Shown: piece after piece, positions 1 to 12,571 of the stretch | Layout: the number at the start of each line of letters is the position of its first letter | Numbering within the stretch: the stretch's first letter is position 1 | Source of the DNA: Catajapyx aquilonaris | Taxonomy: Eukaryota | Direction of reading: 5' to 3' | DNA: 64,000 nt | Assembly (NCBI GenBank): GCA_000934665.2 | Contig: JYFJ02000229.1 | Coordinates: forward strand, 1-64,000 | The notes under the pieces: generated by a model | The model's database searches: none | What the model was told of the DNA's origin: nothing | The model's input: the letters and a program-made list of their open reading frames with translations, nothing else | Translations under genes and position numbers: made by a program

Positions 1-357
1 AGCGGCGTTTTGCCGCGCACCCGCATGCCGCGACGACTTGCAGTTTGCGGTGTGAAGTCGCGTTATAACGCGAAAAGGGAATTCGTAAAACAGCCTTTAG
101 GGTTGTAAGTCGGGTCAGGTCGGGAGGTGGGCGGATGAAGCTGTGGCAAGGACCAAAGATGGCGCAACCTGAGGCCAATTTCTGCCAAGTCCCGGTGGAG
201 GCGCTGCTGTTTTGCGGCAGATACGAATTGCCGAATTTTGACGGCTCGCCATGGCCTTACCGTTCGTCTCCAGAAAAACTGCTTATACCCTCGGAATCGG
301 GATTTTTTGCCCGATTTTGAGAGCCCAACTTGCATTTTGAGTGGAGTGTCCCTTTAA
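1..357. mobile_element. Probable end of a Kolobok-type non-autonomous DNA transposon, truncated by the window edge
   Basis: GC/CpG-rich block ends abruptly in GTGGAGTGTCCCT-TTAA (TTAA 354-357), i.e. a TTAA-AGGGACACTCCAC terminus. The partner TIR is not in the window. Confidence 0.4.
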
Positions 358-2602
358 TGAAAACTCGACACTCGAGAAAATTTATCGCCACACGGTATTG
401 TGCACTGATACCCAAGATGTATTTTTTTTGTTTTCGGTTGGGATAACTAATATAATAATATTATTGTCTACTCTAAATGGTGCTTCTACATTGAGCAGAT
501 CCATAATACACCAACTCTAAGCTTTAATGTCAAATAACACCATTCAATGCGTCTAATTAATAGTGAGGGTCATAATGATTGTACTGCAGGCCTACATGGA
601 AAAAAATATTCCCTGTATGCTCTAGTAAGAGCCAAAGATCCGTATATATGCCAGGCACGTTGACGGCAGGTAAGCCATCATGGGTAGGTATAAACCCTGT
701 TTTTACACTCGGGACTTCATAAAGGTCAACAACTTGCAACGAAAACTCCAACAGAAATATGAATATCCGGGTTCCTCACAGAAACAGCATCCGACTAAAA
801 TTACTCTGTCTAGCTTCAGGAAGAGTAATGGTCATCTCCATACAAAATCCTCTCCCCCCCCTTCCCCCTCTTTTGAGCCAAACCTGCTCAAGATACGGTT
901 CATAATTTAGTCCGATGCATAATTATATTACATCTAACCCAACAAATTTCATTCAGTCAAGCCTTTTTTTTAAAAAACCTAACTTCCGCAGGATAAAATG
1001 CCCCCCCCCCCCCTCCGCCCTACCAACACCACGAGACACGCTGGATAAACACGCTCTGCACCGCCATTTCTTGGGGGCAGCATGCATAATTCAAAGTCCT
1101 CCACCCAACTTGCGGTCCCCGGTCAGCTTTCAGAAAATGGCCACGAACTTGGCCTTAGTTGTTGCCCGTGTCATTGTTATAAGGGTGTGAGAGCCCGACG
1201 GGCGTCCTAGTGGATAAACATGAGTGAGCCTTGGCACCTTGTTAGAAGTTATGAAGAGTGGGGAAAGAGCCGGGAGTGGAGGCAGCACGGATGGAAGAAG
1301 AAAAAGAAGAAAAAAAGAGCAGAAGGAAAAAGTTACACTCGAGTTGAGCACGTAAAGAAAGTTTTCTGAGCGGAATCCTGCTTCGATTTGGCGTGACCTT
1401 ACAAAGAATCGCGACTCCCTCTGTCGTTCGCAGTTCCCAAATAAGGGTGTAGTGGCCTGATTATGACTTCCGAAGACCCTTTGCACGTCGATCATTTCCG
1501 TCGCCAGGCAATTGCCTTTACTTGGAAAGGAACAATTTTTTGGGGGGAAAATGGGAGGGCCCTTTGGATCCTTATCAAGAGTGCAGTCCAGTGTGGGGCA
1601 GGAGGACAATTTTTTTTGCACTCTCCATCAGCGACGACAAACCGTGGGACAATTGTGAGTCGTGCAGGTCTGTGGTGCATGATTTTGCTTTTTTTCACTT
1701 CAATGGACCCATGAGCACGCTCCACAATAGTGTCTTCAAAGAAATTGTGGTCGCTCTAACGGCTCTCTGCAGAGCAGTGTGCAACGTACTTGATGAGGGG
1801 GAAAAAACGCTAAGGAGAAACAAGCAGTGTCTTATTAATTTTGTATTGCCACTTCCTTTTTCCCTCGTGGCATGTTATACGCCGATTGCTCTTTGCCTTC
1901 GCTCAAAAAAAGGAGATCTAGACAAGAGTGACCTATTTCTGAAGCGTTATCTGTAGAGCCTGGCATTCAAAGTGCTGCGCATAACATTTTCATCTCACGC
2001 CAGCAATGGTTCTACATAATGCTTGTAATTTTCTTCCGAGCCTGCTATATGGACTGGCCTATCGAAATTTTGAAGGAGGCTTTCATTATAAATTCCTTTT
2101 TGAAAAATTACGAAAGTGGCTTTAATTATCAATATGTGTTAACAGAGCCATGAAAACAATGAATTTCATAATTATTATGATTTAAGTTTCCAGAAATATA
2201 GGCCTATTGATCGAAGTCAGGGTAACATTACCATATATGAAAGGGAGCAAATTAATGGGAGTAACAATACATCTAAGTCTAAAATGGATGGACACCAAAC
2301 CATAAGCGCACCCTTCGAGTTAATCAGAAAAGTGATCTGCCTTTTCCTATTTAATAAAATATATGCTTTTCATTTAGCAAAACTACTACTTCTATGATTT
2401 TAAAAACGCGTTTGATAGTAAGCTGTAGAAAGAGGTACGGTAATGACAGTAGTTAAAAACTTAAGGTATATACTGGCATAATTATTTTTAACGATATGTG
2501 GTTATAAAAATCTGGATCCTCATGGATCTAGATAGACCTATACACAATCATTATACTTACTTGCATCTGAAAATGGGAAATATGAGCACATCGTCTTTAT
2601 AA

Positions 2603-2752
2603 TACTGGATGTTCCACTTTAATTGTCCGTAACGGGTTAGTGATTATTTTGCACTAAGCTGCCTTCGTCTCAGTTAAATGTTGCTTAATATAATGAGCTG
2701 ATTAGTGCGAAAAATCCAGCCACTACGGACACTTGAATTGGAACACTGCATA
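2603..2752. mobile_element. Degenerate short MITE-like element
   Basis: Imperfect inverted ends TGTTCCACTTTAATTGTCCGTA / TACGGACACTTGAATTGGAACA with TA nearby on both sides. Confidence 0.35.
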
Positions 2753-4769
2753 TATTTCCAACATAAATGATTTGTATATGGGTCAAATTATACATTAACT
2801 TCCGTAATTAGTTGTACATTTGCAAAGCCACTTAAAATGTGTGCCAATCATAACTTATTTACCGATGCAATCTATTCTAGTGGATTAGACTGAACATAAT
2901 TGTTTCGGTGTGTCTAATTAAAGCCACTAATTAAATATGCAGTACAATTTGCCATCAAGCGTTTCATGACTGCTGGTAGAATTGCGCTTCACACATCGGA
3001 CCTGTCCATTGTTTTAATGGGTGGTATGTATATGAATACCTACTTTCAAGCTAGCCAACTCAAGCCACCTCCACCGATATAGGAAAAAGCAGGTCCTACC
3101 TGATGCAAAACAATTTTACATCCAGCAACTACTCGTGTGCGAAACAGTAATTTTAATGCTTCTCACTGAACACTGTGCAGATTTTGTTAATTACAATATT
3201 TTCCACATCCTCCTTCCAACTTTGTCAAACATGCCGCAACATTCTTGCAACTCTCTGTCCAAAGTGGTCTAACAGAACTGCAGTAGTGCATAATCCGAAC
3301 AGAAACGCACTACTACACAGTTTCCGTTACGAGTCAAGCCAGCATCGTATTTCTAGAGAATTTATAGGTAGTCATGTAGCAAAACGCCTCTGGTTAGCAA
3401 GTAGCACTCCAACAGTGTCACCATGATAAACAACACCATTCGCAGGATAAAGGAAGTGGGTAAGGCGACGCAAGTCCTCCATTTTGGAGGGGCTAACTTG
3501 TCCCCTTTTCTTTTTACCCCATCTTCCTCTTTAAAGAACTTGCGGCCAGAAATCAATAGCGGAGATGATAGAAGAATGCAAAAGTCATCGATTCCATCCC
3601 CTACCCCCTTTATTCTTCAACCCCATCGGCCAGATTAGTGGGGGAGAATTTTCATTTCACCTCCACCATTTCTTTAGCTTCGACCTCAAGCTTGAGATTA
3701 TCCGTCTGCATTCCCTCCCTACCATTTGTTTTCACCGTTCACCTCTTTTGCTGGGGCCTGAGAAAATCAAATCACACGTTGTTGCATTCAGTTGCCGTGA
3801 AATGCAAATCTTCTTTATTGACTCTTTCTCTTTTCCCTTCTTGCTTATTTTTTTTTCTTTGCCAGAAACGTGTGAAGGACGCTGCCTGATTTTCAAATGA
3901 GTTTATACTGCAGAGGGTTGGTGCAAGACAGGGTTGGAAAAACATGCATATCGATAGTACAACAATGTGTTATCAGTATAGGGTGGCCTCACATGCGAGG
4001 GTGCTAAAATGTGGTTGCTTTTTTCATAATGGTGATGGTATTTCACGCGTTTGAAATGGTGTGCATCGCTGGCCTTTTTGCGCGCATAATCACCCTTGCA
4101 TTTCTAAGTCTAAGCATTTGACACAATCTCTTGCATCAGAGACAGTGTACATTCAGAGCCAAAAGTGTTGTTGCTTGATTTCAACTGAGATGATGCGGAG
4201 GATGAGGATCTATATAGGTACAATAGTGTTGCATTTTGGCACGATGTGTATTCTCATATTGCATGAAGGAATATTTAAAATATTGTGTTGAAATATAATG
4301 GAAATTTGGGCGTTTTTTATTAATATGGCTAGAGAAGTGGGGTGCTATTCTTGCCCAACTGTCAGCAAGGATGGTGGCAACCCGTTGCAGGTCGATATGA
4401 AAGTTACACTGCGTATTTTTAGGCATGGAAATGAATTGTTTGACCTAATAACATGAATATAATGTAACAAGCTTTCCGAGCTGGACATCACAAAATATTG
4501 TCAGTTACTAGGCAATAAACCTAATAAGTCATCTCATAAATTTTAATACCCATTTGACCAGTGGGTAAAAATAATCAAATTACTGAAAAACAGATTGCAC
4601 TATAGTACTGTATACTTGCATATTGGCATATTCACAAGCTTATATACAACTACAGTATTTTCAAATACGCGTAATATCCCTTAGGCTACATTTAACAAGG
4701 GAATAAAGATTATCGGATCTTCAAGCCATAGCACATTAATAACTGTCCGGCTTAGCTTACAACTCTATA

Positions 4770-5152
4770 CAGGGTGTTTCTAGCCAGTCCATCCAGCGTA
4801 TTTGGGCCAAAACCCAGCCAAAACAAGTCGAAAATGTAGGGAGGAGAAATTTCGAGGGACCAACCGTTAACGAGTTAGACGACCAGAAACAGTGGCCTGT
4901 TGTTGCCGACGTTGCAGGATGTGATCGGTGATAATCACTTCTGTGAAAGCGGTGACTTTGCAAATCCCAACAGTCGCGATTTTCACGCTCATATCCTGCT
5001 ACTTCGGCAACCATTGACCAATATTTCTGGTCAAGGTCATTTTAACGGCTGCTCCCTCGACATTTCTTCCCCCTACATTTTCGACTTCTTTTGGCTCAAG
5101 TGCTCGAGGAATACGCTGACGGCAGTTGGCTGGACTACTAGCAAACACCCTG
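4770..5152. mobile_element. Tc1/mariner-type MITE, 383 bp, long diverged TIRs
   Basis: TA-CAGGGTGTTT...AAACACCCTG-TA; inverted similarity extends over 100 bp (AGCCAAAACAAGTCGAAAATGTAGGGAGGAGAAATTTCGAGGGACCAACCGTTAA vs reverse complement AGCCAAAAGAAGTCGAAAATGTAGGGGGAAGAAATGTCGAGGGAGCAGCCGTTAA). Confidence 0.85.
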
Positions 5153-5248
5153 TATAGGCCTATTAATTTATTTCTACCTTAGCCTAAGGTTAAGATGATT
5201 TCTGGGGAATAAATTTTGACTACCTTCACTTTATGACTATAAAATATA

Positions 5249-5496
5249 TGAAGACCCCGGGGAAAGACCAATCAAGGCCCACCTCATGTGAAACTGATAT
5301 TGCCATTTAAAATTTCGAAGGCCCATAAGGTTCTATAGTATATCCCATTTTCGGGGCCTTCCATAGCGACCTATGATAATTATTCCACAACCACGACCAA
5401 ACTATCATATTCTATGCTAGTGAAACTATCTTCTGAAATATATAACCAATTTTTGACAAAAAGTGAACCTTGATCGTTCTTCCCCCGAGGTCTTCA
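5249..5496. mobile_element. TA-flanked MITE, about 248 bp
   Basis: TIRs TGAAGACCCCGGGGAAAGACCAATCAAGGCCCAC vs reverse complement TGAAGACCTCGGGGGAAGAACGATCAAGGTTCAC (34 bp, 6 mismatches), TATA on both sides. Confidence 0.75.
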
Positions 5497-8400
5497 TATA
5501 GTGTGTCAGCATTAATTCGTGTTCTCCAGTTGTTAGGGAGGACTACGACAAAATTCTACTGTAGTATATGCGGGGACAGGGAGGGGTAGAGGGCAAGTTC
5601 TAATTTAACTTCACGATATCGATACTCTGCAATACGTCTACTTTTACATCTACCGCGGCATTGTGCCACCGGTACTTAGAAGAAGTTTGTTCTCTCTCTC
5701 TCACCTCAAACCTAGCCAGACGTAGATATTATCATGCAGAAGAAAATAATGCACTTCATTCAATCAAGCTTTGATAAACAAAATAATACTGGATGGCCCC
5801 TTGCGCCACTATATAGTTACAGTAGTGTGGTCATACACTGTAGGACTATACATTATTCTGAGGCTACAAATATATTTTAGGCTCAGAAGTTGTGCGAACC
5901 CAAATTAAGGGTGTTAAAATCTCCAATTATGCATGATATTCATAATGCATAATCAGACAGTTTCGAGTCATTTGCATTCATACACCTGGGCCTTAGTATT
6001 ATCACCCAATTATCGTCAATTGCGTAGTCAAAAAGCAGGAAAATAGCTCCAACACCAACTCTATTCCTACTGTATAATACCTTACTAAATAAATACTTGC
6101 TCATATTCATCGTTGTTATTTGCCCTTTTTAGCAACAAACGCACAACTCAAAAATCTCATGATCCCTCCTTACATCTCCTACTTTACAAACCTTAACCTT
6201 AAGACGGTAACAATTTCCAGTGCAAACCTCAAGAAAACTTAACTTTCAAAAGTCACAACCAAATGGAAATGGCAATGACTTAGTATTCCCTAATTCCAAA
6301 GCTCAAAGGTTTTCCGTACCACCTACTCGCGAACTGATTATACAGAAGACTTGGTCAGAAGCTTCATCAAAGGGATATGGAACACTGTTATAGTATATGG
6401 CAACCTGCAAATATTACATCTCTTGTAGCGGTTATCCGGCGGAAAAAATAGTCTCTATAATCATGGAGAAAATATTACGTTAGTTTATATTTACAAAACT
6501 TTACTGGGCCTTTATTTTTCCACCAGTACAGTGTGAATATTCAGCATTTAAAGTTAAGCAGAACTATTCAAAACCTGTAAAATCTAGAGTTGATAGTGAT
6601 CTTCCGAAAATTGGTGCCATTTGATCCTGTATATGACAGATGGCTAGGCACTGCCTTCTATTCCTCAAGGCAAAAAAAACGCCTGACACAAACGTGCCTA
6701 ATGATCAATGTAGAATCATGTCTCCGATCAGAATAGCAGAAGCCTTTCCCCATGGCGATTCCAAAAGGGGGGAACAATGGTTGGCAATATTGGAAGAAAA
6801 TCACGGGAGTTCGCCTCCGACCGTTTCCTAAGCACCCCACCGCTTTTTTGTACTTCAAAGAAACGAAGAGACTACCAATGCCAACTTTTTTTCCCCCTCC
6901 CTCTCCCTCTTCTTGTCAGAGACCTCTCTTTGCCTTGTAAATCTGGCCAGGATTTGGGCTCTGCTGGGGCTATGCGAGTGATTGCCGGAGAGCCCTATGT
7001 GGCTGCACTGATTTCCGGATTTGATTCCGTATAGTGTCAAGGCGCATTCTGGACAGAGAGGGAAGAGGAGGAAGAGGGGAGACCCTGAGGGAGTGATACG
7101 AATTATACTCTGGGGCCTATTGCCAACGATTTTGGAGAGTTGGCGGTTATGTTGACATATGGACAAAGTTGGTCCAATTCAAGTACTCTTGTGGGAGACA
7201 GATCAGGAATTGCTCGTGAATTTCGGTTTCGAGTCGGTAGGAACTAGGGAAAACTCATATTTTCTAGTGGTGACTGTCAGGTTGACAAATTCGGGTTCAT
7301 AAGTGCATGCGGAATGCCGGAACATATGAAATACAATTGTGTCAGATTACCGCTTGACACACGGCTGGCAAAAGTGCTCTATGCTATAATCTTACCACCC
7401 TCAGGCAAAAATTAACTTTTGACAAAAAGTGTACCTGTGACCCAGACTGTACATGAACCCAAGTGCCAAAAAAACGAGGAACGCTGTCCACAGGAAAAAG
7501 GCTTGCAAATTGCTAAACCTACCCAGTGACCACATCGCATAGAACAGAGTAGACTAGCGGGAGCACAAGTGGGGCAGGGACGTGTTAATGAATCTGGCGG
7601 ATGGTCTCAATTTCGCAAGTTGGGCCAGAGGGTGTGCCGGTGAGGGGGATTGGGGCAGCAGGGGTGAGCCGAGGGTGCCACCAGTTGTGAACGGCCGCTT
7701 GACATGCCAGTGCGTGCAATTCGCTGGAGAAACAGATAAATGAAGCATCGATCCCGCGGTCAGATCGTTTGATCCCTACATTCGAAACGCGCACGAAGTC
7801 GAGCTACACGATGACGACGAAAACGAATTGTGGTCGTAGAGGTCGGGTCACGTGGGGATCGCCTAACTCACGCCCTGACCTCACTAGATGGCTGCTTATG
7901 CATATATTCATCCACCAGGTCTGCGCTTGCATTATCAACACCCTTTTGTCGCCTTCTTGGCACCTAGCGACAAAGGCTCCAAAATGCGCAATATTTGAAT
8001 GTGAATATAAGCTTCGTTTGAAGCCAGGAGGGAGGGAGATCTGTGTAAAAGAGTGGGGGGGAGGGGGGGACCCCCCGTGCTTATAGGTTGATGGGCAGTA
8101 AAACGGTGATGGCTACTACGTGCACGTGCTGAATGTGGATTTTGTCCGGGTATTTTACCCTGACGTGAGCGGCATTTGGGATAGGGGTCCACCCCCTCGC
8201 TCTCTGACTACCATCACCGCAAAACACTGCAAGTTGACAGTAAAGTTTTACGCTGGGAACACCCCCGTCCCAACAGACCCTCCTCCCCAAACCCCTACCG
8301 TTGGGGTTAATTGTATCATTCCAGATTACAGCGGGAGAGTTGCAAAGCCCTTCGATTGCTCTGCAAGAACCTGACATCGTTAAAATCGCACACACACACA

Positions 8401-9419
8401 CCCAAAAAAAACCAGGGGGAGAAAAAGTAGAGCGTAATAAGCTAATTATTGGCGGGAAATAATTGTGGTGCAAAGGAACTGAGAGGGGGAGTGGGGTATA
8501 CTCGTTGCCCCTCCTATCAAAAGCTGTACACTACTTCCTAATTAGAGACGAGAGCCTGCAACTCAAACAGCCGGCACAAAAACCCGGATCCCCTTTGAAG
8601 ATATTCCTTGTCACAACAAATTCCCGGAAAGCCTTGCGGGGGTGGTGGGAGGTTTGGGTGGGGTTGAGGTGGGGTGGCTTCGTCTCTTGAGCGGGGGATC
8701 TCTTTGGTGGTGGGCAATGCACCGGCGCAAGGACCGCTTGTGCTCCCCTCCCTCCACCCCCTGAATGCAGAGCACGTCCCCCTGCAAGCCCCGGGGCTAA
8801 TCAGGAGACGACGGGAATTGCCCAGGCAAGCTTATCACGAAGTGCGTCTCCGAGGTAGCATAATCACCAGCGTCTAGTCTAGGAAATGAGTCGCTACGCA
8901 ACGGAAGGAAGAAGGAAGAAGGGGGCACGTTTCTTCGTAATGTACTGCCGGCTTTGGGGATGCCTAGCTCCTAACTTACCCAGATCGGTATCAATGTCTC
9001 GCACATCATCTTGCTGCCAGACTCTGGCAAAAATACGGACATGCCCTGATCAAGTGCTCTGGCGCCTACCTCTTGCAGATCTGACGGGATTAGCGGCACG
9101 AACTACCAACTTTGATCGTCAACTAGGATGAATTGCTAATGAGTTGGGATGATGAATATTTTCCTGAACTAGGCCTAATCTACTTATGACGTTTTATTTA
9201 CTGCCTGGTCTCCAATGTGGCCAGCTTCTTATTGAAGGGTCAACAGCAAGGCGACAAAAATGTAGGATATGACTTACGTAGATCTATATTTTTGGTACAA
9301 TTTTCCATTTTGGTAACGACAGTATAGTTTACACTATGCAGGAAATGTCATTCAACGCTGTGTTTTTAGGAAGATGATTAGTTCACAGAATTAGCACTGA
9401 TAAGTAGACATATTATGAC

Positions 9420-9897
9420 CGTCGCCAGGAATGGTGGACATCGGCCTTGCGACTCCTGCGCCCATAAGCTATACATAGGGATTGCAGTGTAAAACAGCTG
9501 TAACTCGGTTAATTTTGATCGAATTAATTTTATTTTTCAATGTGTATGAAGGTAATAGACTCCTGCATACCCTGGTGACTCTAAAAAATTAATATTGCAA
9601 TTATGTTTGGGAGATAATGGTGTCTCATTCCGCTTATGAGGTTTTGCGTTGCATTTTGCTCTTGGGCCCGAAAAAGCTACTTTCAATTGAGATATTTCAT
9701 TGATCTCAAAATGTGTATGAAATATACGATGTGTGTGACAAAATGGCTATTCCATATTTAAGATTGGTCCACAAAGTAGTGAGATCATGGTGTCTCTTTC
9801 CGTCAGAGAACTCTGGTTCATCCCGTCCAAATGATCGTCCGCCTCCTATCGGTGGTAATATGAAACACTGGCAGAATGTCCACCATTCCTGGCGACG
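9420..9897. mobile_element. Non-autonomous DNA transposon-like element bounded by a perfect 22-bp inverted repeat
   Basis: CGTCGCCAGGAATGGTGGACAT (9420-9441) and its exact reverse complement (9876-9897); AT-rich non-coding interior; TSD and superfamily unresolved. Confidence 0.65.
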
Positions 9898-10629
9898 CCA
9901 CTCTCGACGTAATACGGGGCAATAAATTTGGTTGAATTATTGCAATCGGTTTCGCAAAAATTGTTTGCATGTGTGACTAGGTGTGTGCAATATCAGGACC
10001 TCATTTCAAATTGATATCGCATAACATATAGCAATTATTCAATATTCCGAAACAGAAAATATTGCAGCCTATCTGCCTAACTTGACCGTTGAAAAATAGT
10101 AGCAATTACTGCTCTACCATGTGGTAGATTCTGGTTAATTTTTGGTACATTATTTAGGATTTGTCTGTTTACGCCTTGAGGAGAGGCAGGCACGTGAAAG
10201 CCAGCTGTTATAAGCCACTCTCGCCAATTCCCACTAAACTAGGCATGAAGCACCTACTCTACTCATTGCGAAAATAGACAGGTCGAAAGTATAGTGACAC
10301 GCAATTTTACTAGTTCTCACAAAAACGTCCCGTTACCATGAATTGATTGCCATGGTTACATTCTCATGAATAGTCTCATCAATTCTAATGTTGAATTTAT
10401 ACTACATGTATAGAGTAATTTGCACTTGCTTATTCGATGGCCGGACGTGAACGAACCTTTGATCTCACATTCGCCCTAAAAGTCTGATGACGTGAAATGA
10501 GGCATACCTTGGTTGTTATTTTTACAGCATTAGACACCTATTGATACCGTAGCATACCTCCGCTTGTGGTGTCTAACTATACTGTAGTTATACACAACAA
10601 GCCGAGGTACCCTACGGTTTCAATTATAT

Positions 10630-10972
10630 ATTTTTTTATTTTTTATTTTTTTATTTTACGTACCCCTTGATGGCCCTCTATGGGCCTTTCGGGGGGTGGC
10701 AGACCACCATACAGTTTTCTATTAACTTCAATCTCCGTGCAAGGAATACTAGGATATAGGGTAGGGAAAGGGATTGTTGGGGAGGGGACACTTGTGCAGG
10801 TGCATTGTCCTATGGCTTTTGGGCCAGGAGGTAAGGTTGCCAGACACCTCCTTGGTGCAGGTCAGAGACCCTCCCGACGCAGGTGAAAGGAAAGTTCCCC
10901 AGGCGGGGATCGAACCTGGGGCCTTTCACTCAGCAAGCCGTGACGTTACCATCACGGCCACCACACCTCCCC
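10630..10972 (-). mobile_element. tRNA-derived SINE (head type A), full length
   Basis: Head GGGGAGGTGTGGTGGCCGTGATGGTAACG...GGTTCGATCCC (A and B boxes), A-rich tail, perfect 13-bp TSD GTTTCAATTATAT at 10617-10629 and 10973-10985. Confidence 0.9.
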
Positions 10973-12148
10973 GTTTCAATTATATGTAGGCTACACCATG
11001 TTGATCCCCGTATAGCCCATTAGACCTACCTGCATGAAATGTTGGAAGTCGATATCACATCATTCTTCTACATCTGGGAGGCCTCCGTCAGTTCAAATAC
11101 ACTCCACAGAATTCACCACAATCCAAAAATTCTCAATTAAATACAGGTCACTTCCTGCAGTATTCATATCTATACGCTATGCTGCGGATGAAAAAGTGCA
11201 TATGCCACAGGCACATCACCCAGCTCGTTACTTAGGGGCTGCCTGCACCATAGCCCCAAGTCACTAACTGCCATGCATCCCCGAAGCGACTGAAGGTTAT
11301 GCACTATACAGCAAAAAACACATTTAGAGTGTTTTAGGGGCTAGTAGTATTATGAAAAACCACTCCCGTGTAGGCTTCAATGCACGCAACACTGAAGACT
11401 CAGCTCTATCGCAACAACAAACACAAGAGGGTGGGGGAAAATATGTTGATGATGTCACAGTCTCACAGATAGTCCGGTTTCCCGTCAAGTGTGCCGGTCT
11501 GATGTGAGCATTGAAGTGGTCCAATCTGACTGTCCGATACATGATAGGTCAAAGCTGGAAGAAATTGTTAGAAGTATTTGCAAAACCACATCCGTTCGTC
11601 AGACTATCGCTATGCATGCAGCTACGCATAAAGAAGCACTGTGCACATGTCCTTGCAAAAATTCGACTAAATTATGTCACCATTTGAAATGTATATTTCA
11701 TATACGATTCTTCAAATGACGGAGATAAAATTGACACAATAAATGCCCAAAATGTATTAGCATGACTATAGAGTTTATAATTTAGCAGAAAAAAATCCTG
11801 GAATTGACTCTTGAATAACCTACTCAATATATTCGTCCAATCTACGGTAGTGCAAAAACGTACAAGCACATGCAGTAGTTGTGTTGTGAGATTTATTCGT
11901 TCGACTTGGCCAAATTCAACTGAAAATAAATTACCACTAAAAGGTAATTACGAATTTAAAAAAAATCGTCGTTATGTCAAGGTAACATCTAGGCTATCCT
12001 CATAATCAAATGGACCTACAGAAAGTCACTTTATCTAGGCCATTCAAAGTTCTCCCACTTTGAAACACTTCTCCTAAGTTGTGGCCTAATTGCCCTACTG
12101 GGATCTCCAGCAACGCCTTGTGAACAACCCTTTCGCACACCAAGTATA

Positions 12149-12571
12149 CAGGGTGTATCTGAACTCAGTGCCCCGACGTATATGACTGCCTTCCTAGCCA
12201 CCAGAGGATCGATTTAAGTATAGGAGTCATATGTCTGGGCAGCCTCATTACTGAGATCCACTCTTTAGCGAATTTTGCCTAATCGCTCCTTCTGACTTTT
12301 AAATAGAATTTTCTGGTGTAACTAGCCAAAGAGGCCTTACCACCTGTGGGCAACAAACCAACAAGTCCCGCCCCCAGACCTTCCAGAGCCTTCTGACTGG
12401 GGGAGGGTTCGATGGGTGGCCTAACCGACAGGATATTTTGTACTACATGTTTGCGGCCAATTATCTCCGTAATGCGGCGGCCACACATAATGACTCCTAT
12501 ACTTAAATCGATCCTCTGGTGGCTAGGAAGGCAGTCATATACGTCGGGGCACTGAGTTCAGATACACCCTG
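12149..12571. mobile_element. Tc1/mariner-type MITE, 423 bp, perfect 82-bp TIRs
   Basis: 12149-12230 is the exact reverse complement of 12490-12571, beginning CAGGGTGTATCTGAACTC; TA at 12147-12148 and 12572-12573; no transposase ORF. Confidence 0.95.
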
